This document shows positions 47,002 through 56,904 of a stretch of DNA of 64,000 bases, piece after piece. The stretch is taken from the NCBI GenBank assembly GCA_964022345.1, contig CAXHZT010000003.1, forward strand, positions 45,365 to 109,364, in the 5' to 3' direction. Source of the stretch: an uncultured Sphingorhabdus sp. GTDB taxonomy: Bacteria > Pseudomonadota > Alphaproteobacteria > Sphingomonadales > Sphingomonadaceae. Each line of letters starts with the position of its first letter. Positions within the stretch are counted from its first letter, which is position 1. The translations under genes and the position numbers were made by a program. The notes under the pieces are model-generated. The model was not told the origin of the DNA. It saw nothing but the letters and a program-made list of their open reading frames with translations, and ran no database searches.

Positions 47002-48429
47002 TTATGCAGCGTTATCAATGCCTAAGTCCGCCAGCTTGCGGTAGAGGGTCGAGCGTCCGATGCCCAGTCGGCGGGCCACTTCGGTCATCCGGCCGCGATA
47101 ATGGCCGATGGCGAGGCGAATGACGTCGGCCTCAATTTCTTCCAGCGGTCGCAAATTGCCGTCTTCGCTATAGAGCGTGATGCCGATCCCCTCGGGGCTG
47201 CTGACCTGATGCTGGTCTGATTCGTCGGATTCGGCGACAAAAGAGGCGATCTGCGGAAATTCCTCGCAGGTCAGGGCATTGCGGTCGCACATGACGGCGG
47301 CGCGGAACAATACGCTCTGCAGCTGGCGGACGTTGCCCGGCCAGCGATAGCTGCGCAAGAGGTTCAGCGCCTCGTCGGTAATGCCGAGGCTCCGCAGCCC
47401 CGGCTGGAGCGCGAGGCGGGCCAGAAAATGGCGGGCCAGGGCCGGAATATCGCCGGTCCGGTCGCGCAGCGGTGGAATGGTCAGCTGGACCACATTCATC
47501 TGGTAGAAGAGATCTTCGCGGAAATTGTCCTTCTCGACCTCTTTTTGCAGCTTGCGGTTGGTCGCGGCGATGATCCGGACGTCGAGCTGGAAACTGTTCG
47601 GGCTGCCTATCGGCTGGATATCCGAATGTTTCAGGAAGCGCAGCAGGCGGACCTGGGTTTCCGGCGGGATCCGGTCGACCTCGTCGAGGAAAATCGTGCC
47701 GCCTTCGGCTTGCTGGAGCAGGCCGATCTTGCGGTCGAAAGCGCCGGTAAAAGCACCCATTTCATGACCAAAAAGGATCGAATCGAGGAGATTTCCGGTA
47801 ATCGCGCCACAATTCAGCTTCAACATCGGCATTTTTGCGCGCGGACTGGCGGCGTGAATGGCGTCGGCAATGACTTCCTTGCCGACCCCGCCTTCGCCTT
47901 CGATCAGCACCGGCACCCGGGCGCGGGCGGCTTTCGCGGCGATCGCCAGCGCCGTGCGGAAAGCCGGTGTCGCGCCGACAATTTCTTCAAATTCCAGCGG
48001 TGCCGAGATTTTCTCGGTCAGCGGGCGCAGTTCGCCGGCGTCCTTTGACGATTCGACCGCCGCATCAAGCGCCTTGAGCATCAGTTCCGGGGCAACCGGC
48101 TTGATAAGATAATCGGTGGCACCGGCCCGCACGGCGTCTACGGCTTCGGCAATGGAGCCGACCGCGGTGAGCATCAGGATCGGCAGGGCAGGGCGGCGGG
48201 ATTTCAGTTCGGTAATCAGCTCGGTGGCTTCCGAACCCGGCACCCAATGATCGAGAATGATCGCATCCAGCATCATTCCGTCCTGCGTACCCAGTGTGGC
48301 AATCGCGGTTTCCGCATCACGGGCATAGATCGTGCGAAATCCCGCGCGCGAGGCGAGCGCGGAAATTAACCGGCATTGTGCCGGCTCATCATCGATCAGC
48401 AGCAGTAATTTTGTGCCGTTTTGTGCCAT
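47002..48429 (-). CDS. Sigma-54-dependent response regulator (NtrC family enhancer-binding protein)
   Basis: A receiver domain (LLLIDDE..ILDHWVPG), an AAA+ domain (GEGGVGKE, GAFTGA, FLDEVD) and a C-terminal Fis-type HTH (RSTLYRKL). Start at the ATG at 48429. Confidence 0.9.
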   Translation of the reverse strand: MAQNGTKLLLLIDDEPAQCRLISALASRAGFRTIYARDAETAIATLGTQDGMMLDAIILDHWVPGSEATELITELKSRRPALPILMLTAVGSIAEAVDAVRAGATDYLIKPVAPELMLKALDAAVESSKDAGELRPLTEKISAPLEFEEIVGATPAFRTALAIAAKAARARVPVLIEGEGGVGKEVIADAIHAASPRAKMPMLKLNCGAITGNLLDSILFGHEMGAFTGAFDRKIGLLQQAEGGTIFLDEVDRIPPETQVRLLRFLKHSDIQPIGSPNSFQLDVRIIAATNRKLQKEVEKDNFREDLFYQMNVVQLTIPPLRDRTGDIPALARHFLARLALQPGLRSLGITDEALNLLRSYRWPGNVRQLQSVLFRAAVMCDRNALTCEEFPQIASFVAESDESDQHQVSSPEGIGITLYSEDGNLRPLEEIEADVIRLAIGHYRGRMTEVARRLGIGRSTLYRKLADLGIDNAA

Positions 48430-48597
48430 ATTGTCCCCGATTGTGCCAGAATGAGGCACTTTCATACCGCCAACCGGTAAAGAGCGGATTAAAGGCCGGA
48501 CAATTTTTCTATCGAAAATGACGGTGTGTAACACTTGAGCAGCGGGTCATATGGGGTTACACCTCCGGCCTGTTTTGAATGAAGATATGGGAAGATC

Positions 48598-48720
48598 ATG
48601 ACATCAGATAATAATTTGGGACCGGCAGAAGAAACGTACACCGGCTTTTTGTCGCTGCTGAAGATAGGGACGATTGCAACTGTTATTGTGACAGTCTTGG
48701 TGGTTATTCTTATATCCTAA
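48598..48720 (+). CDS. Small membrane protein, aa3-type cytochrome oxidase subunit IV-like (COX4_pro_2-like)
   Basis: Hand-translated 40 aa: MTSDNNLGPAEETYTGFLSLLKIGTIATVIVTVLVVILIS. The ETYTGF + single-TM pattern resembles bacterial CoxIV. It sits immediately upstream of pntAA. Confidence 0.55.
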   Translation: MTSDNNLGPAEETYTGFLSLLKIGTIATVIVTVLVVILIS

Positions 48721-48736
48721 CTGATTGGAAAATTTA

Positions 48737-49867
48737 GTGAAAATCGCGGTTTTAAAGGAACTCGCCGACGGCGAGACGCGTGTCAGCGCGTCGCCAGAAA
48801 CGGTCAAGAAATTCATCGCTCTGGGCGCCTCTATGACCGTGGAAAAGGGCGCTGGCGAATCTGCGTCGGTTTCCGATGCCGATTACGAGGCGATGGGGGC
48901 GAGCATCGCCACCCGGCAAGCCACTTTGAAGGATGCCGACATTGTTCTGGCGGTGCAGGGTCCCGATCCGCAATCGTTGAAGGGCATGAAAAAAGGGGCC
49001 TGGCTGGTGGCCAGTCTCAATCCTTTCGGCGAGCGCGAGCGGGTCGATGCTTACGCCAAGCTGGGCGTTGATGCGCTGGCGATGGAATTCATGCCGCGGA
49101 TTACCCGCGCGCAATCAATGGATATCCTGTCATCGCAGTCCAATCTTTCCGGTTATAAAGCCGTCCTTCTGGCCGCCAATGAATATGGCCGCGCCTTTCC
49201 GATGATGATGACCGCAGCGGGCACGGTGTCCGCCGCGCGCTGCTTCGTCATGGGGGTCGGCGTTGCCGGATTGCAGGCGATTGCCACGGCCCGGCGTCTC
49301 GGCGCACAGGTCAGCGCGACCGATGTGCGCAGCGCCACCAAGGAGCAGATCCAGTCGCTTGGCGCGAAACCGATTTTCGTCGAATCGGTCGAGGGTATCG
49401 AAGGCGAAGGTTCGGGCGGCTATGCCACCGAAATGAGCGAGGAATATCAGAAGGCCCAGGCCGAACTGGTCTCTTCCCATATCGCCAAACAGGATATTGT
49501 CATCACCACCGCCCTGATCCCCGGCCGCGCCGCGCCGCGTCTGATTTCGGACGCGCAGATTGCGACGATGCGGACCGGCAGCGTGATCGTTGATCTTGCG
49601 GCCGAACAAGGCGGCAATGTCGAAGGCGCTGTCGCCGGCAAAGTGGTCGAGAAGCATGGCGTCAAGATCATCGGTGCGAGCAATATTCCGGCAATGATGG
49701 CGGCCGACAGCTCGGCGCTCTTCTCCCGCAATCTCTATAATTTCCTCAGCGCTTATTGGGACGAAGGGGCCGGGCGCCCGGTCCTGCCCGATGACGACGA
49801 GGTGACAATTGGCATACGGCTTACCAAGGATGGCAAGGTCGTGAACGAGCGCCTTCTGGCGAACTAG
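48737..49867 (+). CDS. pntAA: NAD(P) transhydrogenase subunit alpha, part 1
   Basis: VKIAVLKE N-terminus and an alanine-dehydrogenase/PNT fold with GVGVAGLQAIATARRLGA. The GTG at 48737 is preferred to the TTG at 48725. Confidence 0.93.
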   Translation: MKIAVLKELADGETRVSASPETVKKFIALGASMTVEKGAGESASVSDADYEAMGASIATRQATLKDADIVLAVQGPDPQSLKGMKKGAWLVASLNPFGERERVDAYAKLGVDALAMEFMPRITRAQSMDILSSQSNLSGYKAVLLAANEYGRAFPMMMTAAGTVSAARCFVMGVGVAGLQAIATARRLGAQVSATDVRSATKEQIQSLGAKPIFVESVEGIEGEGSGGYATEMSEEYQKAQAELVSSHIAKQDIVITTALIPGRAAPRLISDAQIATMRTGSVIVDLAAEQGGNVEGAVAGKVVEKHGVKIIGASNIPAMMAADSSALFSRNLYNFLSAYWDEGAGRPVLPDDDEVTIGIRLTKDGKVVNERLLAN

Positions 49868-49877
49868 GGGGTTAGCA

Positions 49878-50174
49878 ATGGATTTTATTTCAATTCTTTC
49901 AATTTTCGTGATGGCCTGTTTTGTCGGCTATTATGTTGTCTGGTCGGTGACTCCGGCTTTGCACACGCCGCTGATGGCGGTGACCAATGCGATTTCTTCG
50001 GTGATCATTGTCGGGGCGCTGATTGCAGCGGCTGCCGGAGCGCAGGCTGATGGGGGGCAGACCGCCAAGTGGCTGGGTCTGGTTGGCGTGGTGCTGGCGA
50101 GCGTGAACATATTTGGCGGCTTTGCCGTGACCGAGCGGATGCTCGCGATGTACAAGAAGAAGGAGAAGAAGTGA
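49878..50174 (+). CDS. pntAB: NAD(P) transhydrogenase subunit alpha, part 2 (membrane)
   Basis: 98 aa with three TM helices and LHTPLM..TNAISS. Confidence 0.93.
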   Translation: MDFISILSIFVMACFVGYYVVWSVTPALHTPLMAVTNAISSVIIVGALIAAAAGAQADGGQTAKWLGLVGVVLASVNIFGGFAVTERMLAMYKKKEKK

Positions 50175-51679
50175 TGCTGTCCTTCCTTGTTACCGCTGCA
50201 GCGCTTGCTCCTGCTGATTGTTTTGCCGATTGTACTTTGGCGCAAGATGCGGCCCAAGGGCTGGGCCACGGCCCCGAAAACGCTTCGATTGCTGCCACCG
50301 CCTATCTGATTGCCGGCGTTCTCTTTATCCTCGCGCTGCGCGGGTTGTCCTCGCCCGAATCGAGCCGGCGTGGCAACCGTTTCGGCATGGTCGGGATGCT
50401 GATTGCCGTGGTGACCACCTTGTGGACGCACAGCATTGCCAGCCTGCCGGAAATCGCCGGCGCGATCGCCATTGGTGGCGCGATCGGTTTCTTTACCGCG
50501 CGCCGGATCGCGATGACCGATATGCCGCAGCTGGTTGCCGCCTTCCACTCTCTGGTCGGTATGGCCGCCGTGCTGGTCGGGATCGCCGCCTATCTCAATC
50601 CCGGTGCCTTTGGCATCTTGGATGCGACAGGCGAAATATTGACCGTTAGCCGCGTAGAACTGGGCCTTGGCGTTGCCATTGGCGCGATTACCTTCTCCGG
50701 TTCGGTCATCGCTTTCCTGAAACTCAACGGCAATATGTCGGGCGCTCCGATCATGCTGCCGATGCGTCATGTCCTCAATCTCGGCGTGCTGGCCGGCATC
50801 ATCGGCCTGACCGCTTATTTCGCGATTGCGCCGACCATTGGTACAGGAGCAATTTTCTGGACCATCGTCGGCTTGTCCTTCCTGATCGGCTTCCTGCTGA
50901 TCATCCCTATCGGCGGCGCCGACATGCCGGTCGTTGTTTCGATGCTCAACAGCTATTCCGGCTGGGCGGCTGCAGCGATGGGCTTCACTCTTGGTAATAC
51001 CGCGATGATCATCACCGGCGCATTGGTCGGTTCTTCCGGTGCGATCCTGTCCTACATCATGTGCAAGGCGATGAACCGCAGCTTCATCAGCGTGATCGCC
51101 GGCGGCTTTGGTGCAGAAGCAGCGAGCAGCGATGGCGCGGCCAAGATCGACCGTCCGTGGAAACGCGGTTCGGCCGAGGACGCTGCCTATATGATGAAAC
51201 AGGCCGAGAATGTGATCATCATTCCGGGCTACGGCATGGCCGTGGCGCAGGCGCAGCACGCGCTGCGTGAAATGGGCGACATGCTGAAAGAGCAAGGCGT
51301 CAGCGTCAAATATGCGATCCACCCGGTTGCCGGTCGTATGCCGGGCCATATGAACGTGCTGCTGGCTGAAGCCAATGTGCCCTATGACGAGGTGTTCGAG
51401 CTGGAAGATATCAACAGCGAATTTGCCCAGGCCGATGTGGCCTTCATCATCGGTGCGAATGACGTGGTCAATCCGGCGGCGAAAACCGACAAGGGATCGC
51501 CGATTTACGGCATGCCGGTGTTCGATGTCGAGAAAGCCAAGACGATCTTCTTCGTCAAGCGCTCGATGGGCGGCGTCGGCTATGCCGGGGTCGACAACGA
51601 GGTCTTTTATATGGACCAGACCATGATGTTACTTTCCGACGCGAAGAAAATGTGCGAGGAAATCGTAAAGGCGCTCTAG
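50174..51679 (+). CDS. pntB: NAD(P) transhydrogenase subunit beta
   Basis: YLIAGVLFILALRGLSSP, followed by the C-terminal NADP(H) domain (PGYGMAVAQAQ, HPVAGRMPGHMNVLLAEA). The ATG overlaps the pntAB stop (GTGATG). An alternative TTG at 50237 would remove a non-conserved N-extension. Confidence 0.93.
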   Translation: MLSFLVTAAALAPADCFADCTLAQDAAQGLGHGPENASIAATAYLIAGVLFILALRGLSSPESSRRGNRFGMVGMLIAVVTTLWTHSIASLPEIAGAIAIGGAIGFFTARRIAMTDMPQLVAAFHSLVGMAAVLVGIAAYLNPGAFGILDATGEILTVSRVELGLGVAIGAITFSGSVIAFLKLNGNMSGAPIMLPMRHVLNLGVLAGIIGLTAYFAIAPTIGTGAIFWTIVGLSFLIGFLLIIPIGGADMPVVVSMLNSYSGWAAAAMGFTLGNTAMIITGALVGSSGAILSYIMCKAMNRSFISVIAGGFGAEAASSDGAAKIDRPWKRGSAEDAAYMMKQAENVIIIPGYGMAVAQAQHALREMGDMLKEQGVSVKYAIHPVAGRMPGHMNVLLAEANVPYDEVFELEDINSEFAQADVAFIIGANDVVNPAAKTDKGSPIYGMPVFDVEKAKTIFFVKRSMGGVGYAGVDNEVFYMDQTMMLLSDAKKMCEEIVKAL

Positions 51680-51715
51680 ACGCCGAGTTCGATTTTTTCA
51701 GGGAATGTAATATTA

Positions 51716-52411
51716 ATGCGTAAAATTGGCCTGATTGGCGGGATGAGCTGGGTATCGACCGCCAGCTACTACACGCGGATCAACAGAATCGTGCAAAAGC
51801 GGCTGGGCGGCTTCTCCAGCCCGCATATGCTGATCGAAAGCGTCAATTTCAGCGACTATGCCCGGTTGCAGTCGGATGATGACTGGGATGCGGCCGCCGG
51901 TCTGATGACCCGGGCGGCCAAGCGTCTGGAAAATAGCGGCGCGACTGCGGTGCTGATCTGCTCGAATGCGATGCACAAAATCTACGACCGGGTGCAGCCG
52001 GAAGTCGGCGTTCCGATCCTGCATATTGCCGATTGCGTTGGCGACAAGATGATTGCCGATGGCATCAAGACGGCGACTTTGCTGGGGTCGCGCAATGTGA
52101 TGACCGAAGGTTTCTATCGCAAACGTCTGGTTGGCAAGGGGATAACCCTGACCCCGCCCGACGAGGGGCGGGTCGAGGAGATCGACCGGATCATCTACGA
52201 AGAATTGATGTTCAACGAGGCCAAGCGCGAGTCTCAACGGACGATGAAAACCTATATCACCAATATCGCCAAGGGCGATGTCGAGGCGATTGTGCTGGGG
52301 TCCACGGAGCTGGATCTGATCATTGATACCAAGGCGAATATCCTGCCGATCTACGACAGCACCGAAATCCATGCCGATGCTGCTATCGAGTGGATCCTCG
52401 CAGAAGGCTAG
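51716..52411 (+). CDS. Aspartate/glutamate racemase family protein
   Basis: IGLIGGMSW.ST..YY N-terminus, and CSNAMH and GSTEL catalytic Cys/Thr regions. Confidence 0.85.
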   Translation: MRKIGLIGGMSWVSTASYYTRINRIVQKRLGGFSSPHMLIESVNFSDYARLQSDDDWDAAAGLMTRAAKRLENSGATAVLICSNAMHKIYDRVQPEVGVPILHIADCVGDKMIADGIKTATLLGSRNVMTEGFYRKRLVGKGITLTPPDEGRVEEIDRIIYEELMFNEAKRESQRTMKTYITNIAKGDVEAIVLGSTELDLIIDTKANILPIYDSTEIHADAAIEWILAEG

Positions 52412-52505
52412 GTCCGGCTGTTCCAGATTAACTGACATTGGTGTCAATGCTCTTGGCATCGGCCTGATTTTGCGGCATCATGGCTCGTTCCTGGAGGAGA
52501 GAGAT

Positions 52506-53699
52506 ATGATACGGAATCTACTGGTGGCCACCGCGCTTTGCCTGAGCGCCCCGACCCTGGCCAAAACCGTCACCGTCGCACCCGGCGCCGATGCGCAGGA
52601 ACGGCTGCAGGAAGCGCTGATCCTCGCCGAGCCGGGTGATGTCGTGGAACTGGGCGCCGGTCGCTTTGATCTGGTCGACGGTCTCTCGCTTGATGTGGAC
52701 AATGTCACCGTGCGCGGTGCGGGCATGGACCAGACGGTGCTCAATTTTGCCGGACAGCTCGGCGCGGGCGAAGGCCTGCTGGTCACCTCGGATCATGTGG
52801 TGCTGCGCGATTTCGCGATCGAGGACAGCAAGGGCGACGGCATCAAGTCAAAGGGCGCGGACAATATCGTCTATTACAAGGTGCGGGTCGAATGGACGCG
52901 CGGGCCGCATAAGGACAATGGCGCCTATGCCATCTATCCGGTGGAAAGCAGCAATGTGCTGGTCGACAGCGTGATCACGATCGGCTCGTCCGATGCCGGG
53001 ATCTATGTCGGGCAATCGGAAAATATCATTGTCCGCAACAGCGTGGCCAAGTTCAACGTCGCCGGGATCGAGATCGAGAACAGCGTCGGCGCGGATGTTT
53101 ATAATAATGTTGCGGTCAACAATACCGGCGGCATCCTGGTCTTTGATCTACCCAATATACCGAAACAGGGCGGCCGCAATGTCCGCGTGTTCGACAATAT
53201 TGTGGTCGACAACAATACCCCGAATTTTGCGCCGGAGGGCAATATCGTCGCGGACGTCCCTGCCGGCATGGGCGTCATGGTGATGTCCCATTATGAAGTG
53301 GAAGTGTTCGAAAACCGCTTTGCTGAAAATGGCACAGGCAATATCCTGATCGTATCCTATACCAAGGGCCAGAATGATCCGAATTATAACCCCAAGCCGA
53401 TTGGCGTGCGGGTGTTTGAGAATGACCATGGTCGGGCCGGCTATAATCCGGTCTTCACCGGTGGGAATATGCTGAAAGACGCCTTTGGTGGCGCTATCCC
53501 GCCGATTATCGAGGACGGCACGGGCGAGAATATCCTCATTGGCGATGATGTGGCGATCCTGTCGCTGGGCCTGACCGCGCCGGGCCAGTCGCTGGCCGAA
53601 GCCAGGCCATCGCTGGTCGAGGGCGCGAGCGAGCCGTTTGACGGCCGGCAGCTGAAACCGATCACTCTGCCGCAGGCGATGGAAGACGCGATCCGATAA
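52506..53699 (+). CDS. Periplasmic right-handed parallel beta-helix repeat protein
   Basis: Signal peptide MIRNLLVATALCLSAPTLAKT. Repeated ~22-aa units have N/G/V/I periodicity (IVRNSVAKFNVAGIEIENSVGADVYNNVAVNNTGGILVF). Start at the ATG at 52506. Confidence 0.75.
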   Translation: MIRNLLVATALCLSAPTLAKTVTVAPGADAQERLQEALILAEPGDVVELGAGRFDLVDGLSLDVDNVTVRGAGMDQTVLNFAGQLGAGEGLLVTSDHVVLRDFAIEDSKGDGIKSKGADNIVYYKVRVEWTRGPHKDNGAYAIYPVESSNVLVDSVITIGSSDAGIYVGQSENIIVRNSVAKFNVAGIEIENSVGADVYNNVAVNNTGGILVFDLPNIPKQGGRNVRVFDNIVVDNNTPNFAPEGNIVADVPAGMGVMVMSHYEVEVFENRFAENGTGNILIVSYTKGQNDPNYNPKPIGVRVFENDHGRAGYNPVFTGGNMLKDAFGGAIPPIIEDGTGENILIGDDVAILSLGLTAPGQSLAEARPSLVEGASEPFDGRQLKPITLPQAMEDAIR

Positions 53700-54709
53700 T
53701 GCGTCTGCTGGCTTCTGCGTGCGCGGTTCTGGCGCTGGCCTTTACAGCGGGCGCGCGCGAGCCGGCGGGTGTTGCGGACGAAGTGATCTTGTCCGACGGC
53801 TTGCCGCGGGTGCTGTCGGATTATCGTTTCTTCAAGGATGCCGCCGGCTGGCAGCCGAACGAGCGGGTGGTGCCCTATCAGCTGAACACGCCTTTATTTT
53901 CCGATTATGCGGAAAAATACCGGTTCATCTATGTGCCCGAGGGGCAGCAGGCGCAGGCTGATGGCGACGGGCTGCTCGAATTCCCGGTGGGGTCGGCGTT
54001 GATCAAAAGCTTCGGTTACGAGCTCGATGGCAAGCCGATGCTGCTCGAGACCCGGGTGCTGTTGCACCGCGCCGACGGCTGGTTGGCGCTGCCCTATGTC
54101 TGGAACGAAGCGCAGACCGAGGCGAAATTGAAAGTAGCGGGGGCGCGCATCCCGGTGACCTTTACCGATCCGTCGGGGCGGGAACGGTCGACCAGCTATG
54201 CGGTGCCGAACAAGAACCAGTGCAAGGAATGCCATGCTCTGTCTGAGGCGGTGACGCCGATCGGCCCCAAGGCGCGCAATTTGACCCGCGACGGGCAGCT
54301 TGAGCAATTTGCAAAACTCGGCCTGATCGACCGGGCACCCAAGGTCGAATATCGCGTGCCGCTTTGGGGCGAGACCGGCGCACCGCTGAACGACCGCGCG
54401 CGCGGCTATCTGGACGTCAATTGCGCCCATTGCCATAACGTCAACGGTTCAGCCAGCAACTCGGGCCTGTTCCTGACCTATGAGGAAGACATGCCGGTCC
54501 GTATCGGCATCCACAAACGCCCCGTCGCCGCGGGCCGGGGCAGCGGCAGCCATGATTTCGACATCGCGCCGGGCGATCCGGACGGCAGCATCATGATCTA
54601 CCGGCTGAACAGCCTCGATCCGGGCATATCCATGCCGGAAGTCGGGCGCTCCATCGTCCACGACGAGGGCGTGGCTTTGCTCAGCGAGTGGATCGCGGAG
54701 ATGGAGTAA
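53699..54709 (+). CDS. Diheme c-type cytochrome, SO2930-family-like
   Basis: A signal peptide and two CxxCH motifs (CKECH, CAHCH). Its start overlaps the upstream stop (TAATG). The family name is recalled from memory. Confidence 0.7.
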   Translation: MRLLASACAVLALAFTAGAREPAGVADEVILSDGLPRVLSDYRFFKDAAGWQPNERVVPYQLNTPLFSDYAEKYRFIYVPEGQQAQADGDGLLEFPVGSALIKSFGYELDGKPMLLETRVLLHRADGWLALPYVWNEAQTEAKLKVAGARIPVTFTDPSGRERSTSYAVPNKNQCKECHALSEAVTPIGPKARNLTRDGQLEQFAKLGLIDRAPKVEYRVPLWGETGAPLNDRARGYLDVNCAHCHNVNGSASNSGLFLTYEEDMPVRIGIHKRPVAAGRGSGSHDFDIAPGDPDGSIMIYRLNSLDPGISMPEVGRSIVHDEGVALLSEWIAEME

Positions 54710-54718
54710 AGAAAGGAC

Positions 54719-55141
54719 ATGACCGGTAGAAGCGCCCATTGCCATTGCGGCCAATTACAGATCACAACCACCGGCGAGCCTTATGCGGTTGTGATGTGCC
54801 ACTGCCGCGGTTGTCAGCAGCGGACCGGCGCGCCCTTTGGCGTTGGTGCCTATTTCAAGTTGAGTGACTGCAATATTGCCGGGAAATCAAATCCATATGT
54901 AAGGACGGGTGCGAGCGGTTCGCCGTTCGAGAACCGCTTCTGTCCGGATTGCGGTACCACGGTCTACTGGCTGACGCCTTTTCATCCTGACGGCATCGGC
55001 ATTGCGACTGGTGCGTTTGAGGGCGATGATCTACAAGCCCCGTCGCGCAGTGTCTGGGAAAGTGAACGTCACCACTGGGTGGATGTGCCGACACAAGACC
55101 GGTGGTTAGAGGGTCGTAGTGGAGCGAAGGTTCCGGATTAA
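54719..55141 (+). CDS. GFA family protein (glutathione-dependent formaldehyde-activating / CENP-V fold)
   Basis: CHCG..., CHC..CQ and CP.CG Zn-binding cysteines. Confidence 0.85.
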   Translation: MTGRSAHCHCGQLQITTTGEPYAVVMCHCRGCQQRTGAPFGVGAYFKLSDCNIAGKSNPYVRTGASGSPFENRFCPDCGTTVYWLTPFHPDGIGIATGAFEGDDLQAPSRSVWESERHHWVDVPTQDRWLEGRSGAKVPD

Positions 55142-55167
55142 TAGGTGCAGTGGCCACCGGGGCTCAT

Positions 55168-55602
55168 TTACTTCGCCCGGGTCCAGTTCTGGCCCTGGCA
55201 GAAAAAGGCGATGCAGCCCTTCATCTTCAACCTGTTCGGCGCGACCAGGCTGACTTCCGAACGATAGGTCTTGCCGGTTTTCGGATCATAGACCTTGCCG
55301 CGCCAGATATCGCCGTCGGCTGTAAAGTCCGTCAGGATCGGCATGCCGAGCAAGGTGCGATTGCGCAGCTTCTTGTCGGGATTGTAAATATCCTTCTGGC
55401 CGGTGCCGTTGGGCGGGGTCACGAGATATTTGTGGATGCGGCCACAGACCGTCGCGCCGCATCGGGAAATCTTGATGATCGCGTCGCGATCCTGGGTGAT
55501 CCATTCGCCGTGGATCGAATCCGCTGCCAGCGCCGGTGTGGCAAAGGCGAGCGCGGCGGGGATCAGGCCAGCCACTATTTTACCGGGAGTAAGAATCGCC
55601 AT
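55168..55602 (-). CDS. DUF2147 domain-containing periplasmic protein
   Basis: A signal peptide. G.W.......I.I..CG...CG.I and G.IYDP..GKTY patterns are typical of DUF2147. Confidence 0.8.
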   Translation of the reverse strand: MAILTPGKIVAGLIPAALAFATPALAADSIHGEWITQDRDAIIKISRCGATVCGRIHKYLVTPPNGTGQKDIYNPDKKLRNRTLLGMPILTDFTADGDIWRGKVYDPKTGKTYRSEVSLVAPNRLKMKGCIAFFCQGQNWTRAK

Positions 55603-55644
55603 GGTCGTGCTCCTGTGTGGGTCGCGGCTATTTCCGCCTTTCCC

Positions 55645-56904
55645 CTATAGATTGTCAATCTTTGCTATCGCGTCGGGGGTGACGCCAAGCTGAACGCGGC
55701 GGAACAGGCGCCCCTCCTCCGCCCAGAGGATCAGCAGCAGCGATGCGATACCGCAGACCAGAAAGCCGAGCGCAATCGGCAGGACGGTTCCGTCAAACTG
55801 CAAACCGATCGCCGCGCCGATCGCTGCCGACAGCGCGGTGCGGGAGAAATTCTGGAAAGAGGACGCTACGCCGGCAATCTTGCCGAACGGCTGCATCGCG
55901 ATCGAGCTGAAATTCGCGCCGGTCAGACCGACCATCGCCATCGAGGGCGCGAGCAATGCGGTGAAGGTCCAGATGTTGATATTGCCGGTCATCGCCAGGA
56001 CAAAATGGATGACGCCGAGGATGATGAAACAGATCAGCGCCGATTGCGACACCCGGCGCGCGCCAAAGCGCATGACGATCCGCGAATTGAGGAAATTGCC
56101 GAGCGACATGCCCGCCGCGTTGAGCGCGAAGACATAGACGAAAATATCTTCCGCATCGAAAATGTCGAAAAATATCTGCTGGGCGGACGCGATATAGGCG
56201 AACAATGGCGCCATCATCAGGCCGCTGGCCATGACATGACCAAAGGCGTTGCGGTTGAACAGCACCTGATACCAGGCGGCACCGATCGAGCGGGGGTTGA
56301 TCGGCGTCTTGTTGTCCGGATGGAGCGTTTCGGGCAGCCGCAGCAGGACCCACAGGAACATGCCCAGCCCGGCGGCTGACAGGACGATGAAAATGGCTCT
56401 CCAGGGTGCGACCAGCATTACCAGTTCGCCGAGCAAGGGCGCGGTGATCGGAACGATCATGAAGACCATCATGATTGTCGACATAGAGCGAGCCATGGCG
56501 TCGCCGTCATAGCGGTCGCGGATGATGCTGTTGACCAGCACGCCGAGCGCGGAAGCCGCCAGACCCTGAATGAAGCGGGCGATCAGCAGCATGTCATAGT
56601 CCCAAGCAAAGGCGCAGCAGATGCCGAAGATGATATAGATGGCGGTGGTCACCAGCAGCACCGGCTTGCGGCCATAGCGGTCCGCGAGCGTGCCATAGAG
56701 GATCGACCCGATAGCCATGCCGTAAATATAGGAGGTGATAACCCATTGCCGGTCGTTGACCGCTGGCAGGGCGAAGTCGTCCGACATCAGTTCCAGCGCG
56801 GGCAGCATCATGTCGATCGCGAGCGCGTTCAGCGCCATCAGACTCGCCACCATGACGATCAGTTCGACGCGGCCGATGGGGAAGGGGAGAGCTTTGTTTT
56901 CCAC
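55645..56904 (-). CDS. MFS transporter, Bcr/CflA drug-resistance subfamily
   Basis: 12 TM helices, with MALNALAIDMMLPAL and LADRYGRKPVLL motifs. The start was placed at the GTG at 56904 and is uncertain. Confidence 0.85.
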   Translation of the reverse strand: MENKALPFPIGRVELIVMVASLMALNALAIDMMLPALELMSDDFALPAVNDRQWVITSYIYGMAIGSILYGTLADRYGRKPVLLVTTAIYIIFGICCAFAWDYDMLLIARFIQGLAASALGVLVNSIIRDRYDGDAMARSMSTIMMVFMIVPITAPLLGELVMLVAPWRAIFIVLSAAGLGMFLWVLLRLPETLHPDNKTPINPRSIGAAWYQVLFNRNAFGHVMASGLMMAPLFAYIASAQQIFFDIFDAEDIFVYVFALNAAGMSLGNFLNSRIVMRFGARRVSQSALICFIILGVIHFVLAMTGNINIWTFTALLAPSMAMVGLTGANFSSIAMQPFGKIAGVASSFQNFSRTALSAAIGAAIGLQFDGTVLPIALGFLVCGIASLLLILWAEEGRLFRRVQLGVTPDAIAKIDNL

